Below the pieces are notes generated by a model. It was not told the origin of the DNA. It did no database searches and saw nothing but the letters and a program-made list of their open reading frames with translations. The position numbers and the translations under genes are program-made. This document shows, in pieces, positions 61,479 to 64,000 of a stretch of 64,000 nucleotides of DNA (position 1 is the stretch's first letter; the number at the start of each line of letters is the position of its first letter). The DNA is taken from contig OZ360226.1 in the NCBI GenBank assembly GCA_977017645.1, positions 140,678,001 to 140,742,000 of the forward strand, read 5' to 3'. This DNA comes from Torpedo marmorata (lineage: Eukaryota).

Positions 61479-62272
61479 GCCTCTTTCACACTGGCTAACC
61501 AGTAAATTGGCCGTTCAGTGTCCCAGTTAAGGAAGCCGTTTTTGCCGTTCACACTGGGCCAATGTTAACTGGGACACTGCGTCCTTTCACACTCATCACA
61601 AGGCATCCCCGGGGATAGGGGAGTTTATCCTCCAACGGTGATGTGAGTGACGCATCGAGCGATGGTGGACCTGCCCTAAATCCTGAACAGCACAGTATGA
61701 GCCCTTCAGCCTCTGTTGTTGTGCCGACCTATATAAACCTTTATAAATTTATAAAGGACCGTGGGAAAGTTGTAGCTGCAATAGCGGACAATTTATAAAA
61801 ACCGTGGGAAAGAGTGATGGCGGACCTGCCCTCCCAGAATTCCGTGCAGCAGAGAAAGAGCTGTATGCACGGAGCACTCATGGAGGGGTTTCTCTGCCAC
61901 ACGGAATTCTGGGAGGGCAGGTCCGCCATCGCTTTCTCTCTCTCTCCCACGGTTCTTTAGAAATTTATAAAGGTTTATGTAGGTCGGCATAGTTTATACC
62001 TTTTTAATCTTTTGTTTCCTTCACGTTCCTGCACTCACGCAAATACGTCATCAAAGCATCACTACTTTGTCCCTGGATAGTAAGTGTCCCTTTCACACTG
62101 GGCTAATCGGCACGCAGGCGTCAGTTGACGCCGGGGATGAGAGTAGGGGTCTAGGCCGTCCATCCCCGGCATGATTTGACGCCGGCGTGCCGATTAAATC
62201 GCTTTCACACTGGACCCTTAACCGGTAAATTGGCCGTCAATTACTAGGACAAGGTGCCAGTGTGAAAGGGGC
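61479..62272. mobile_element. Non-autonomous Harbinger-like DNA transposon with internal palindromes
   Basis: TIR GCCTCTTTCACACTGGC / GCCAGTGTGAAAGGGGC; repeated TTCACACT motifs; internal inverted repeats at 61721-61989 and 62104-62196. Confidence 0.78.
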
Positions 62273-62790
62273 GAGTAATTCATGGCTCAGTTCATTTTCG
62301 ATAAACACACATTTTTAAAAAAATGATCTGGTGGTCAGAATTCAGTGCATTTGAATGTGATCACTGAACCTATTGAAAGGTACTAGTAGAAAGTACAAGT
62401 TAGGGTTTGGATTGTTTTACATTACTTTTTGTTTTTAATCATTTGTTAGTTTGTGTTTAACTATTTAGATCCATTTGTATTGTTCTTAAATGTCTCTGGC
62501 TGCCTGGGAATTATGTAGCAGGGCTTCATCTCTTGGGAATGGATAATCAGTCGTTTGGTGTTTTTTTACTGGAGAATAATAGTGGAATAGTGGGCAAGAA
62601 GGCACTGCGGTGGCATGTCTGGCTGTGGCTATGGCCCATTACATTGGCTGTTAAATGCAAACTTGCAGGAAACAAAACCCACAACATATGAACAGTGGAG
62701 AAAATATTTTAAATCAGACATGGTGGGTGAATTTTGCCTACTAATTAGAATACACTACAATTCAAAAATATTTTAAATTTCAACACATAC

Positions 62791-62877
62791 CAAAAAGTAA
62801 AGGAAAGAGAGATTTGTTGCAGCTGCACTCTTAACTCGGCTATCCCTTTTCTCAAACATTTTCAGAGTCTCCACAGC
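62791..62877 (-). CDS. IFT88: IFT88 exon (most 5' exon in the window; the gene continues beyond it)
   Basis: AVETLKMFEKRDSRVKSAAATNLSFLYFL; AG and GTATGT boundaries; the 11 exons total 1173 nt in frame. Confidence 0.94.
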
Positions 62878-63169
62878 CTTTGAAACAAAAGTTACAAAAA
62901 CAAACAAATAGGTTTACTTATTTTAGCAAAAATAAACACCTAAAGCCTAAGAAACTTGATTGGATTAAAACAACCAATTGTGTTTCTAGTAATTTTAGTA
63001 CACCCAGAAATCCTACAGGCAATAAAATAATCCTTCTGCTGAAAAATAAAAAATAAACATTTAACTATATGAGAATAAAGATGAATGCAGACCTATTACA
63101 TAAATCTAAAATTGCAACATATACATTTTCAAACATTACCAGCACAAGTGGAACCATTCAATTCACTTG

Positions 63170-64000
63170 TTTGTTTTTTTTTGAATATTATATTTTTTTT
63201 ATTTTTGAAGTCCACAATACAAACAGCAAATATACAATTTACAACTATATACAACATCATTAAACTCTCCCTCCCTCCCCCAACTGAAAAAAGAAAATAA
63301 AACATACAAAAGAAAAGAAAGAAAATGAAAAACTAAACGTACCGTCAGTGCTTACATTGATTTTTCAATCTTTTTGGAGGCGCCACACCGTTAAATATTT
63401 CTACGCTATATTGTACTTTAGAGTTTGAATTACAACTGGACCCCAATATACTCCAGGTATGGTTGCCACACCTTTACAAATGTACCGTATCGCTTCCTGA
63501 GATTATATGTAATTTTCTCCATGGGAATACAGCTGTGCATTTCTGCTGACCATCGTGTGATTTGAAGGGGGGAGTCGGACTTCCAAGTGACTGCTATGCA
63601 TTTTTTTGCAACGGACAAAGCAACTAGCACAAATTGAATTTGGAATTTAGATAATTTGTAGCTTATGTCCATTAGATTTCCTAGGATATACAACTCCGGG
63701 TCCAGTGGAAAGGCTACCCCCGTAATTCTGGTTAGTGTATTAGAAATATCATACCAAAAGAGTCTCCAGGACTCTTTGTATTAGCGATTGAACCTTTAGC
63801 AGAGGCTATCAGGAGGAATCCAGAGATAAAAGGATTCAAGGTAGACCAGATGGACCACAAGATTAACTTGTTTGCAGATGATGTATTGTTATATCTAACA
63901 GACCTGGCTGAGTCTTCAACCAAACTGCAGACTACACTGGAGGATTACGGCATGATTTCAGGATATAAAATAAATTTAGAAAAAAGTGAAATCATGCCAC
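63170..64000. mobile_element. L1/Tx1 element with apparent 5' inversion; runs off the window
   Basis: ORF2 C-terminus and tail on the minus strand (63170 to about 63760) joined directly to plus-strand RT SPGLFVLAIEPLAEAIRR...LFADD (about 63762-64000). Confidence 0.8.

Overview
Eukaryotic (vertebrate) genomic DNA, most likely a cartilaginous fish such as a ray or skate, judged from HE1/V-SINE-like SINEs and abundant CR1, Rex-Babar, L1/Tx1 and Penelope elements. Two host genes converge tail-to-tail. EEF1AKMT1 (N6AMT2; + strand) has 4 coding exons at 1609-34275 that splice to a complete 214-aa ORF. IFT88 (- strand) contributes its last 11 coding exons at 62877-36156 (390 aa plus stop), with one U12-type intron and two GC-AG introns. 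The two stop codons are only about 1.9 kb apart and no IL17D is visible between them, although IL17D lies there in human. Most of the rest is transposon debris. The 19.7-kb first coding intron of EEF1AKMT1 holds a full-length L1 with nested insertions: a second L1, a U2 snRNA-L1 chimera, Penelope pLTRs carrying a hammerhead ribozyme motif, and a Gypsy LTR element that itself carries a CR1. Other items are a fold-back Tc1, Harbinger- and Tc1/pogo-like MITEs, a tRNA-Thr-headed SINE, a solo LTR beside a weak IFT88 donor, and small fold-back inversions. I see no evidence for a new multi-gene system. The most unusual signals are the missing IL17D, the inverted U2-L1 chimera, and the RNA-structure and retrotransposition footprints. 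All calls were read by eye; gene and repeat-family names rest on recalled sequences, not database searches.
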